Shown: positions 16,641 to 25,780, numbered from the stretch's first letter. The stretch is 32,000 nucleotides of DNA from Haloquadratum walsbyi C23 (GCF_000237865.1 NC_017459.1:570001-602000), one strand, 5' to 3'. Notes: generated by a model from the sequence alone, not told the origin. Made by a program: numbers and translations.

Positions 16641-18569
16641 TTATGCGTATACTGATTGTAGTTGCTTCATTACTCGTCGTGGGCTCACTCCATCTGCGAC
16701 TTCAATAGAGAGGAATCCTGGTGGTGGATTCGATGGAACTGCTACGTGAACTACATCGCCTTGTCGCTCGGCGAATGATTTAATTTCATTAAGAACGGCT
16801 GATTTGATAAACTTCGCCGGGAGTTGCTCAGTTTGGAGTTCGACAGTGCTTTTTCCACGCTGAGATGCGGCATTCGCTTGCAGTTCACCAAGCACATACA
16901 GCACATCATCATGTGGTACCTCTGCATCTTGGGGGTTACCCCCGGTTAATGCTGCATGTTCACCTGTGCTATCTACCGTCCCACTATATTCTGCTCCGGT
17001 CGAATTGGTGGTGGCATCGCCTCCAGTAGACTCTGTTTCTGGATTGTTACTCTCTGTTATATTTAACACCCCCTCTGCAACCTCATATTCAATATAATAA
17101 CTCTGTTCAAATGGCACGCGTAATCTCTCAACAAGAGTAGCATCGATTGACGATGGGACAGGAATTGAACCGGATCCGTACTCAATCGTCGCTGTGACGC
17201 TTTGACCAAAGAACTCGGCAATTTGAACTATCTCTCTTGCCTCTGTCTCTGCTGCGTCAGCCGATTGTATTGCTGCATCAAATCGACATTCATGTAATGT
17301 TTTGAGTGCTTCCTCACGATAATCATCAACAGTTGGCTTTGTTGGCAGAGATTCACCAGTCGATGACTCCGGTGTCCGACCTTCGAGGAGATACGCCTCA
17401 AGTCGTTCTTGTGCCGGTCCCTCTAATTCATCAAGATTTGCTGTCGCCGTCTCGATTGCTCTCTGTGCTGCATCTAGTGATTCAGCAATAGATTCTTCAT
17501 GTGTCTGAAGTGTTTGCTCAATCGCATCAAGATGTGTATCAATTGTATCAATTGCCCCAGCAACAGCAGCAAGTCCATCCGGATCCGCTTCGATCGTTTC
17601 GGTAAGTCGAGTTGCTATTTCATGCTGCGATCCCCCAATCTGAATAGTTGGTTCATCAATTGTTGGTAATGAGACCGAGTTGTGCGTCCGCAGATTTCGG
17701 ATCGTATACTCACGACTGAATCGTGAAACATAGTGCACATCACTGTATCGTTCGTTAATTTTGTCTTCGACTTGTCGCTCTAATGTAGATATTACTCGCG
17801 TAGCAGTCTCCCCTGCAACATCATTGAGTTTCGCCGCATCAGCTTGCAGTTGTGCAGCTGTATCATGACGCTCACGACTCGATGTTGACCCATCGACAAC
17901 TGCATCCGCTTCATCCTGAACCGCTTGACACCGATCTCGAAACTCACTGCATTGTGATTCGAACGCTGTGACCGCCTCTGGTGCAATTGTCTTTAGTGAA
18001 GATTGTACCTGTTCGCCCACAACTCGCTCAATTTGACTGTTAAACGTTGTGAGCGCCTCCTGTGTGTCTTCGCGGGCAGTAGATAACGCCTTTGTAGCCT
18101 CTGAATCAAGTGTTATACTCCAATCAAAAACAAGCGATGCTGCCCAACTCATCGCTGCGGTTCCGATAGGGACAAACAAGAACCCAGCAGTTTGAATCGC
18201 TGGGAGCCCTGCGGAAGCAACTGGAAGATACACAAGCTCAAATAACACAAGAAATAGTGTCACAAATCCGGTTGCACCAAGCGTTATGACACGATGTCGA
18301 AGCGCAAATAATCCAACACCCTGTGCAGTCCATGCAAGTGCAATGAGGACAAATAATATAAAGACAATCGTCGAACTTGACCGGAAAATATTACCTGCGA
18401 CCCTAAACACAGAAATTGACCATAAAAACCGAGTAAGTGACCCGATCAAGGGAATTACTGTGACTGTCGTCTCAAGCAGCGCGACCGTTGCCTGCACGAA
18501 GGATGCAAGAATTGGCAACCCAGCGACAGCCCAACAGCCTGCCGCAATTCGCCGCCTGTTCTGCAACAT
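16641..18569 (-). CDS. Polytopic membrane protein (642 aa) with 4-6 N-terminal TM helices followed by a long acidic helical domain and a C-terminal alpha/beta domain. It is the first gene of the cluster.
   Basis: The N-terminus is basic (MLQNRRRIAAG). Hydrophobic helices follow: WAVAGLPILASFVQATVALL, IVFILFVLIALAWTAQGVGLFAL, GATGFVTLFLVLFELVYLPV, FLFVPIGTAAMSWAASLVF. The helical region includes IDTIDTHLDAIEQTLQTHEESIAESLDAAQRAIETATANLDELEG. Its stop lies 6 nt before the next ATG. Confidence 0.7.
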   Translation of the reverse strand: MLQNRRRIAAGCWAVAGLPILASFVQATVALLETTVTVIPLIGSLTRFLWSISVFRVAGNIFRSSSTIVFILFVLIALAWTAQGVGLFALRHRVITLGATGFVTLFLVLFELVYLPVASAGLPAIQTAGFLFVPIGTAAMSWAASLVFDWSITLDSEATKALSTAREDTQEALTTFNSQIERVVGEQVQSSLKTIAPEAVTAFESQCSEFRDRCQAVQDEADAVVDGSTSSRERHDTAAQLQADAAKLNDVAGETATRVISTLERQVEDKINERYSDVHYVSRFSREYTIRNLRTHNSVSLPTIDEPTIQIGGSQHEIATRLTETIEADPDGLAAVAGAIDTIDTHLDAIEQTLQTHEESIAESLDAAQRAIETATANLDELEGPAQERLEAYLLEGRTPESSTGESLPTKPTVDDYREEALKTLHECRFDAAIQSADAAETEAREIVQIAEFFGQSVTATIEYGSGSIPVPSSIDATLVERLRVPFEQSYYIEYEVAEGVLNITESNNPETESTGGDATTNSTGAEYSGTVDSTGEHAALTGGNPQDAEVPHDDVLYVLGELQANAASQRGKSTVELQTEQLPAKFIKSAVLNEIKSFAERQGDVVHVAVPSNPPPGFLSIEVADGVSPRRVMKQLQSVYA

Positions 18570-18594
18570 CTATACACAAACATGTTGACGGGGG

Positions 18595-18602
18595 ATAAAA
18601 TA
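18595..18602 (-). promoter_or_regulatory. Candidate TATA box (TATTTTAT on - strand) driving the cluster as a leaderless transcript
   Basis: It lies 26-33 nt upstream of ATG 18569, in the 414-bp gap after mutS. Haloarchaeal TATA boxes are centred near -27, and most of their mRNAs are leaderless. Confidence 0.3.
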
Positions 18603-18957
18603 CTTCGTGCATATGATTCTCATACACGTGATGTAGGCATGATTTGCTGTGAAACCCCCTCGAATATAACTGAAACCCTCCTGACCGTCCCGATGGAAAA
18701 AGTCGGCTGGAATTCACACCTGGACACTCCTTACGCCTTATCGGTAGAAGCAGATTATTATTTTCATATATAAATAAGCTGACCGTAACTCCTGTCTCAC
18801 CTGGCGTATAAACCGTTGGGAGGATGTACAGGCGGTTCGAAACGACTACTTCGGGGGTTGACCCAGAGTGAGTTCATGTCACTAGAATAGCAATCTTTAT
18901 ATCGGCTTTTCAGACCTGTAGGAGCCGTCTCAGAGTGTTTCGGAAACAACAATGGAT

Positions 18958-18962
18958 AAAAA
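18958..18962 (-). terminator. Possible oligo-T termination signal downstream of mutS
   Basis: A T5 run on the transcribed (-) strand (TAATTTTTATCC) lies about 22 nt after the mutS stop at 18984. Archaeal RNA polymerase terminates at oligo-T tracts. Weak evidence. Confidence 0.2.
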
Positions 18963-18983
18963 TTAGCTATTTGTCATTTCGCA

Positions 18984-21788
18984 TTATTCCTCACTATCAG
19001 CGTCTGTTAGCTGTTTCTGCCACTGCTCGACGGTTTGCAGGAGCGTCACCGGTGCTGTTGATTCAATATCGAGCGATTGGAGTTCATTGATTACTTCCTT
19101 TGTGTCTGAATCAACTCTGGCATGTTCAGGGTTTTCGGATGTAGCTCGATTATTCTTGAGTTTCCTGTTATCACTCGTAGGAGTCGTTTGGTTTTCTGTA
19201 TTTTCGCCTGCTTCAGCAACTCGAATGTCACCACTATTGACGTCAAAGACAACCTGTTGTGTTGTTTCTGCGCTCTTATCGCCTCCAGTCATATTCTCTT
19301 CTTGATCGCGTTTGGATGTATCAGCGTGATTTTGTGTCTCAACCTCGATTGCTTCATCAGCACGAAGTGTTGATAGTACGTCTCTTGCTCGTGTGAGGAC
19401 TGGATCCGGAACACCAGCAAGTTCTGCCACATGGATTCCATATGAACGGTCCGCTGGTCCTGATTCAACAGTGCGAAGAAACGTCACATCGCCATTACGC
19501 TCCTCTGCAGCGACATGGACATTTGAGACGCCTGTGATTCGATCTGCTAATGTTGTGAGTTCATGATAGTGTGTTGCAAAAAGAACGCGCGGTGATGGTG
19601 CTGTTGATTGCGCTGCTGAGAGATACTCTGTTGCAGCCCATGCAATTGATATTCCATCATACGTCGCTGTCCCTCGACCGACTTCATCAAGAATAACGAG
19701 CGACTCAGAGGATGCTGAGTGAAGAATCTTCGAAAGCTCCTGCATTTCAACCATGAATGTTGACCGACCCTGTGCAAGTTCATCTAATGCACCAACACGC
19801 GTGTAAATTCCATCAACAGCCCCAATTGTGGCGGCTGCTGCTGGGACAAAACTTCCAGCGTGTGCAAGAAGAGTAATAAGTGCCACCTGTCGAAGATACG
19901 TTGATTTCCCGCTCATATTTGGTCCTGTAACAAGCAGGAAATTCCGTTCATCTTCTAACTGGAGGTCATTTGGAACAAACTCTGTTGTCTGCTCGACAAC
20001 CGGGTGCCGACCGGCCTCAATATCAACTGTATGATCGGCGCGTAGCGTCGGACGTGTCCAGTCGTTTTCGACGGCATGTGTCGCGAGTGAGTGAAGTGCG
20101 TCTATCTCTGCAATAACTTGTCCGACTGTCTGTAACATCGCAGCGTAGTCAGCAATCTGCTCACGGAGTTCACAAAACAACTCATATTCCATCTCACCAC
20201 GTGATTCCTCTAATCGAAGGATGTCTCGCTCACGCTCAGCAAGTTCATCTGTTTTAAATCGCTTCGAGTTTTTGAGAGTTTTAATCTCACGATAGTGTTC
20301 TGGGACTTGATCCGCAACAGATTTGCCAACCTGTATATAATGACCATCAGTTTTGTTTCGATCGACACTGAGGTGATTTAGATTATGTGTCTCCGTCTCT
20401 CGCTGGGCTAGTTTGTCCATCCACTCCTGGGCAGTCTCATGACGTTCTCGAAGGGAATCAAGTTCAGCATCATATCCATATTGGAACAAGCCGCCGTCTC
20501 GAATTGTCTTTGGGGGCTCATCAACAAGCGCTGCTGTAAGTTCATCCCGAACAACTTTTACAGTATCCTCAGTTGGTCGAGTGACCACCTGCATCAAAGG
20601 CGATTCAGACAATATTGATTCTGTGATAACTTCATCGAGCGTTGGGAGTATCTCGAGCGTTTCTCGAATTCTAAGGAGATCAGTGGCATCAGCACGTTCA
20701 GAGATACACCGCGCAGCTAATCGTTCGAGATCATAGCTTCCATTCAGTGTTTCAGCGATTCGCTCACGAGCCAATGGTGCGTCTACAAGCGCCTCAATGC
20801 AGTCAAGTCGACGAGTTATCTCTGTTTGCACGCGCTGTGGTCGCATTATCCACTCTCGAAGTTGCCGGTGCCCCGCACTTGTTGCGGTATGGTCAATCGT
20901 CCCGAGAAGCGTTCCATCCCCACCGCGGTCGCCATGCATTGTCTCGGTCAATTCAAGATTACGTCGTGTCGTCGTATCCAGTGCGAGGTGAGTATCTGAA
21001 TCCAGCGGTTGTAATCTCGTTATTGCGGCGCGAACACCTGTGTCTGTTTCATCGATATACGTAAGTATTGCACCAGCAGCCTGTATCGCAACATCAGTCT
21101 CAATATTGAGACTATCAATTGCAGTTGTACCAAACTGCTCGCTAAGAATATGACGCGCACGTCCAAGAGCAAAGGCTGCTGTTTCAAATGAAGACACTGT
21201 CGCATCAGTGCCGTCACGAAGTCGCCGAATAAAGTCATCAGCATTCCTAACGGTTGGACCAGGGAGAATTTCAACTGGGTCAAATCGAGTGAGCTCTGCA
21301 TATGCAGTCTCAGCATCCGCAACGTCACCAATAAAAAACGAGCCGGTTGTTACTTCGGCAAACGCAATCCCAATAGTCGTCTCAGTTGTCTCAGTTGTCT
21401 CAGTCGCTGTGAGATCCCCAACAACGGCTGCGATATACCGCGCATCAGCATCATCAGTCGATAATAATGTTCCGGGCGTGACAACTCGACTGATGCGACG
21501 ATAATGATCTCCATCGTCGGCTTCATATTGGTCTGCGACAGCAACCCGATATCCACGCTCAACAAGCGATTTAAGATATGGAGTCAGGTCATCAACCGGC
21601 ACTCCAGCCATTGGATATGAGGACCCATGTGAGGATTTTTCTGAAACTGTGAGGTCGAGCTCCGCGGACACTAATTCAGCGTCTTCAGCAAAGAACTCAT
21701 AGAAATCACCACATTGCATCGTCAATAGATCCGCGTCTGTCTCAGCGCGAAGGGAGAAAAACTCGTCTACGATTCCCTGCGAGGTCAT
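18984..21788 (-). CDS. mutS: DNA mismatch repair protein MutS (934 aa)
   Basis: Domain I motifs are GDFYEFF and PMAGVP. Walker A is TGPNMSGKSTYLRQVA and Walker B is LVILDEVGRGTATYDG. FATHYHELT is also present. The protein carries an in-frame TETTETTETT insertion and a long acidic low-complexity C-terminal tail. Confidence 0.97.
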   Translation of the reverse strand: MTSQGIVDEFFSLRAETDADLLTMQCGDFYEFFAEDAELVSAELDLTVSEKSSHGSSYPMAGVPVDDLTPYLKSLVERGYRVAVADQYEADDGDHYRRISRVVTPGTLLSTDDADARYIAAVVGDLTATETTETTETTIGIAFAEVTTGSFFIGDVADAETAYAELTRFDPVEILPGPTVRNADDFIRRLRDGTDATVSSFETAAFALGRARHILSEQFGTTAIDSLNIETDVAIQAAGAILTYIDETDTGVRAAITRLQPLDSDTHLALDTTTRRNLELTETMHGDRGGDGTLLGTIDHTATSAGHRQLREWIMRPQRVQTEITRRLDCIEALVDAPLARERIAETLNGSYDLERLAARCISERADATDLLRIRETLEILPTLDEVITESILSESPLMQVVTRPTEDTVKVVRDELTAALVDEPPKTIRDGGLFQYGYDAELDSLRERHETAQEWMDKLAQRETETHNLNHLSVDRNKTDGHYIQVGKSVADQVPEHYREIKTLKNSKRFKTDELAERERDILRLEESRGEMEYELFCELREQIADYAAMLQTVGQVIAEIDALHSLATHAVENDWTRPTLRADHTVDIEAGRHPVVEQTTEFVPNDLQLEDERNFLLVTGPNMSGKSTYLRQVALITLLAHAGSFVPAAAATIGAVDGIYTRVGALDELAQGRSTFMVEMQELSKILHSASSESLVILDEVGRGTATYDGISIAWAATEYLSAAQSTAPSPRVLFATHYHELTTLADRITGVSNVHVAAEERNGDVTFLRTVESGPADRSYGIHVAELAGVPDPVLTRARDVLSTLRADEAIEVETQNHADTSKRDQEENMTGGDKSAETTQQVVFDVNSGDIRVAEAGENTENQTTPTSDNRKLKNNRATSENPEHARVDSDTKEVINELQSLDIESTAPVTLLQTVEQWQKQLTDADSEE
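21376..21402. repeat. Three tandem 9-bp units (GTCGTCTCA GTTGTCTCA GTTGTCTCA) inside mutS
   Basis: Read directly from the sequence. On the coding strand it encodes (TET)n within ...DLTATETTETTETTIGIAF... Confidence 0.8.
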
Positions 21789-22100
21789 ACCGCTTTATCC
21801 GCCGCCGATGCGATAAAACGCTATGGTGTTCGTCTCATGAAGACCACCCAACTTGTGAATTTTATCTGAGTAGCCGCTGTGGTCTCTATCTCTACAGATG
21901 TGTAAGACGGGTGTCTTTGTGATCGTTCAGATTCGTTTAATTACACCTGAATTTCTCTCATTTTTCATATGCAACGTTACGTTCTCAACCGGTCCATCGC
22001 GTGCTCCAGATTGAATACAGAGACTGGCTGAAAAATAATCAATGGAATAATACAATTACGCGTGGATGATCAATTGATATTTATTACTATCAGTAATGAA

Positions 22101-22847
22101 TCAGGCTTCCTGTAGCCGACCGCCGTCAATTGCAATATTCTGCCCAGAAATATATTCGGCTGCATCGGTACAGAAGAATAGTATCGGTGCGATCACATCA
22201 TTAAATCGAGCTGGGCGACCACGTGGATAACCACTGACATCAACAACAGTATTCTCAACTGCAAACGGTGAGACGGCATTAACCGTGATTCCATTATCCT
22301 GTGTATCATATGCAACTGTTCGTGTAAATAATAGAACAGCTTTTTTTGCTGCGAAATATGGAAAATTCATTGGAACAGCACGATCATCACGGGCATCAGC
22401 AACACCAAAATTAATGATCCGACCCCAGTGAGTATCACGCATTGTTGGTAGAACTGCTTGAGTACAGAGATACGTACCATAGAGACAGCCCTCGATTGTG
22501 CGACGCCACTCTGCAAGTGAAAGTTCATCCCATCGTCCTTGCGGAAGTGGTCCAACAGCATTCACCAATATATCAATCGTATCAAGTTCTGTCTCACACC
22601 TTGCAATCATTGTATCCACCTCATCGGGAACAGTGACATCTGCCTGCACAGTTGTCGCTGCGACATCATATTCACGTGCGGTCTCGGCGGTTGCCGCTGC
22701 CGCCTCGCCACTCTGGCGATAATGAACAGCAACATCAGCACCTGCGTCGGCAAGTGCAAGAAGTACCTCCCGCCCGACACGCTTTGCTGAGCCAGTTACC
22801 AATGCGGTTCGTCCATCTAATGTTGGCGTGAGATTGATGTCAGCCAT
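22101..22847 (-). CDS. Short-chain dehydrogenase/reductase (SDR) family oxidoreductase (about 248 aa)
   Basis: The Rossmann motif is TALVTGSAKRVGREV, followed by ILVNAVG and the catalytic YFAAK (YxxxK). The ORF track start at 23039 adds 64 non-halophilic residues (MESEPVRRQLYIRHIAQRCSETSGCDG...). ATG 22847 (MADINLTPTLDGRTALVTGS...) gives the normal SDR N-terminus. Confidence 0.85.
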   Translation of the reverse strand: MADINLTPTLDGRTALVTGSAKRVGREVLLALADAGADVAVHYRQSGEAAAATAETAREYDVAATTVQADVTVPDEVDTMIARCETELDTIDILVNAVGPLPQGRWDELSLAEWRRTIEGCLYGTYLCTQAVLPTMRDTHWGRIINFGVADARDDRAVPMNFPYFAAKKAVLLFTRTVAYDTQDNGITVNAVSPFAVENTVVDVSGYPRGRPARFNDVIAPILFFCTDAAEYISGQNIAIDGGRLQEA

Positions 22848-23174
22848 AGCAGTTATATTCGGGCTATGGATATCAGTTACCTGGCAGCGTGAAATGAATA
22901 TTTCTATAGTTATAGGTGATACAAACGCAATCCAATCATATTCAGACCATGGATACGCGCCGTCGCAGCCGGAGGTTTCCGAACATCTTTGTGCAATATG
23001 ACGTATGTATAATTGTCGGCGCACTGGCTCTGACTCCACTGTAGCCGAGCGCCCGAAAAGTGGTGGTTCGAGTGTTGGTGTCCGCCCACGCTAGAAACAG
23101 AGTGTGCCCCACGTGGGAAGCAAACAACAAGCACCGGGCGAGTGTCAACATAAATGACTCCGAATCTGGTGACA

Positions 23175-23195
23175 CCGACTACCGACTACCGACCA
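23175..23195. repeat. Three tandem heptamers CCGACTA CCGACTA CCGACCA in an intergenic region
   Basis: Read directly from the sequence. Confidence 0.7.
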
Positions 23196-23242
23196 CCAAT
23201 CCTGTAGGGAGACTGATACAGAAACGCGTTTTCGGCTGAGAA

Positions 23243-23420
23243 AAGGAGTATTGGGGACTAAGATTTGGCACTCCCAATTTAACGAGGCTGTCCCTTACCC
23301 GGCTATATACCGATTCGCACGGCGCGTGAGCTCGGCAATCTGTGAATCTGCACCTGAAACTCCCAACTCAGCGGTGTGGTGCCGTGGGATTCCTCCGCGT
23401 TCGTGGAAGAGGATATCAAC
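23243..23420 (+). repeat. Copy 2 of the noncoding repeat family seen at 7864-8080 (opposite orientation)
   Basis: It shares ordered blocks with the reverse complement of 7864-8080 (see that feature). It lies in the roughly 790-bp divergent intergenic region between the SDR and the AstE/AspA-family gene. The overlapping ORF 23251..23529 is basic with a TTG start and is not convincing as coding. Confidence 0.55.
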
Positions 23421-23638
23421 TCGCAGTTATAAACCAACTTACTATTTCTGTCGCGACAATTTTTATTCATGTCTGAACCTGATAGCTTTCAGCTCGCTAT
23501 CGTATAATGGCGCAGAGCTCACGCAGTAAGCACTCGGTCTTACCAAGAGATTAACAGACGTGTATTCTGCATTATGATCCATACACAACCACCTGCTGTG
23601 CTGTGTCGTTTTGTATGCTGACCACGTCATTATCATAT

Positions 23639-24460
23639 ATGCGAACTGAGATACTCGGTCCTGTGGATGTGGACGACGCACCTGATATCGCTGTAATCGG
23701 CGGGATTCACGGCGATGAGCCCTGTGGTGTGCAAGCGATCGAGCGATTCTGCTCAGGGGCATTGATAGACGCTATTCAGCGACCGGTTAAACTCATTATT
23801 GCGAATGAACGCGCGCTTGAAGCAAATATGCGGTATATTGAGGGCGATCTTAACAGATTATTCCCTGGTGACCCAGAAAGTGAACTGTATGAAGAACGCC
23901 TGGCATTTGATCTCTATCAGGAAATTAAAGATTGCACTACGCTTGGATTTCACTCAACAATCTCATTTGATGAGCCCTTTGGAACATTCGCAAACCTAAC
24001 GCCACAGAAGGCAACAATCATGCAGGCGTTGCCACTTGAGCATGCAGCTGACTTTTCTGGGCATGTCACAGGGCGAGGCGTGAATCTATCAGAATTTGTG
24101 AATGTCGAAGCGGGCTATCAAGGCTCTGAGGCTGCGGTTGAGAACGCCTATGCATGCTTGATTGCATATCTCCGTGTGATGGATGCCCTCCCAGCAGAAG
24201 CTGATATAACGCCAACAACGCACTATCAAGTTCAACATACGATAGAAAAGATCCCAAATGAAACATACGACGTACATGTAAATAACTTTGAGCAGGTATC
24301 TCCAGGAATGGAATATGCAACAACCGGAACAGGAAAATCACTTCTGGCTGACTCAGCATTTTGGCCAGTGCTCATGTCCTCTCACGGACACGATACACTT
24401 CTTGGATATGCAGCTAAGCGGACAGGCGAGATCAGTGCCACAGTGACTGATAGTGATTAA
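23639..24460 (+). CDS. Succinylglutamate desuccinylase / aspartoacylase (AstE/AspA, M14-like zinc hydrolase) family protein
   Basis: The motif IAVIGGIHGDEPCG (HGxE zinc ligands of this family) lies near the N-terminus. The ORF track start is GTG 23603. I prefer ATG 23639 (MRTEILGPVDV...), which has TTTTGTAT 24-31 nt upstream. The start is uncertain. Confidence 0.75.
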   Translation: MRTEILGPVDVDDAPDIAVIGGIHGDEPCGVQAIERFCSGALIDAIQRPVKLIIANERALEANMRYIEGDLNRLFPGDPESELYEERLAFDLYQEIKDCTTLGFHSTISFDEPFGTFANLTPQKATIMQALPLEHAADFSGHVTGRGVNLSEFVNVEAGYQGSEAAVENAYACLIAYLRVMDALPAEADITPTTHYQVQHTIEKIPNETYDVHVNNFEQVSPGMEYATTGTGKSLLADSAFWPVLMSSHGHDTLLGYAAKRTGEISATVTDSD

Positions 24461-24838
24461 GACGAATAGTTTCATCGACGGTATCGGAAGGTGCAGTTTC
24501 AGCAACTCCAGTCATTGATACGGATCGCCACGGTGGTAAAGACTCGAAGTAATCACCATGAGTAAGCTACACTAAGTTATCCTGCGGACTCGCTCGCTGA
24601 GGATACCGAATATGAACAGGAATTTCTCGAGCTATGTTGACTACATATTGCCTGTATCTCCTATCAGGGGCTTCTGAATTATCATCCCCTATACATTTAC
24701 TGCGTAATCCATATTCGCAATCACTACTCTTTCAGATTACTTACAGATATACATAAGCCGACACTCAATTCGCTGTAGTTCAACTTATGTATATATGGGT
24801 GGCTCTCGCAGTGCCGTTATCACATGTAGTGTCGATTT

Positions 24839-25738
24839 GTGCTCATGATTTCGGTTCCTATGTGGATTTTGACTGGTGTTATCGCTGTTTGCGCTCGAGC
24901 AGTCATGAGTCCGTATCAGAAGCGGTTGCTTGCTGACGCTTCGGAGTCAGAGGTATTGTTTGTTCGAGATACCGTTGCGCTTGGACTGTTTCTACCAGTA
25001 GTTGGATGGACCGCAATTAAATATGGATTTTCAGGGACGCCGCGGAGTGCTGTTGCAATGGTGCTGACAGGGGCATTGAATGTCATCGGTGCATTCATGA
25101 TATTTGCAGCATTGTCTCGAGAGGATGCATCCGTTGTTATCCCACTAACATCCCTATCACCAGTCATCACATCACTGGTTGAACCTCTTTTGCGTGACAC
25201 GGCTATCACACCACTTGTGATCGCTGGAGCTGTTCTAAGCGCTTGTGGGGCTGCAGTAGTGAATTCTGAACAAAATACCATCCAGAGTATTTTATACGGC
25301 TCAGATACGACAGCAGTCGCATTGGCAGTATCGGTTAACTTTGTTTTCGGCGTGACGTCCACGCTTGATGGCATCGCTACTGCAAGTATTAATCCATTAT
25401 ATGTCTCATCAATTATTGTATTATTCGTTGGAATCGGGAGTGCAGGTCGACTGTGGCGAGCTGGCGCTGTTCATGAGCCATCCCAGCGGAGACAACTTCT
25501 CGCGCTTTATAAGGGTGATAAAGGCATTCTTGGCATATTACAATTTGGCGGGCTTGCAGCAACCCTATTTACCTTTGGTGCAGCCCCGAGTGCTACACAA
25601 GCTTCGATTTTATTCCGGGCAAGTATTATTCTAGTTGTCATCATAAGCAGTGTTGGGCTGAACGAGGGTCATCTCCGACGACGCACTATTGGGGCAGTAC
25701 TCATCGCTCTTGGAGTAGGGCTTGGTGTCAGTGGCTGA
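24839..25738 (+). CDS. DMT/EamA-family transporter (about 10 TM helices)
   Basis: A 299-aa hydrophobic protein with ten evenly spaced helices in two five-helix halves. Examples are WILTGVIAVCARAVM, AMVLTGALNVIGAFMIFAAL, ILGILQFGGLAATLFTFGAA and IGAVLIALGVGLGVSG. The start is GTG 24839, or ATG 24845. Confidence 0.75.
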   Translation: MLMISVPMWILTGVIAVCARAVMSPYQKRLLADASESEVLFVRDTVALGLFLPVVGWTAIKYGFSGTPRSAVAMVLTGALNVIGAFMIFAALSREDASVVIPLTSLSPVITSLVEPLLRDTAITPLVIAGAVLSACGAAVVNSEQNTIQSILYGSDTTAVALAVSVNFVFGVTSTLDGIATASINPLYVSSIIVLFVGIGSAGRLWRAGAVHEPSQRRQLLALYKGDKGILGILQFGGLAATLFTFGAAPSATQASILFRASIILVVIISSVGLNEGHLRRRTIGAVLIALGVGLGVSG

Positions 25739-25780
25739 ATGCACAGTTCACTCTCGATATGATCGACATCTCATGTCATA

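Noticed and set aside
18820-18880. Possible tRNA, because of a GGTTCGAAAC T-loop-like string
   Set aside because: The flanking bases do not form a T-stem, and no acceptor stem or anticodon arm can be drawn.
24787-24940. Possible frameshift at the 5' end of the DMT/EamA transporter gene (ATG 24787 opens a hydrophobic-looking frame, MYIWVALAVPLSHVV...)
   Set aside because: That frame stops after about 50 codons. The 24839..25738 frame already gives a complete 10-helix transporter, so no frameshift is needed.
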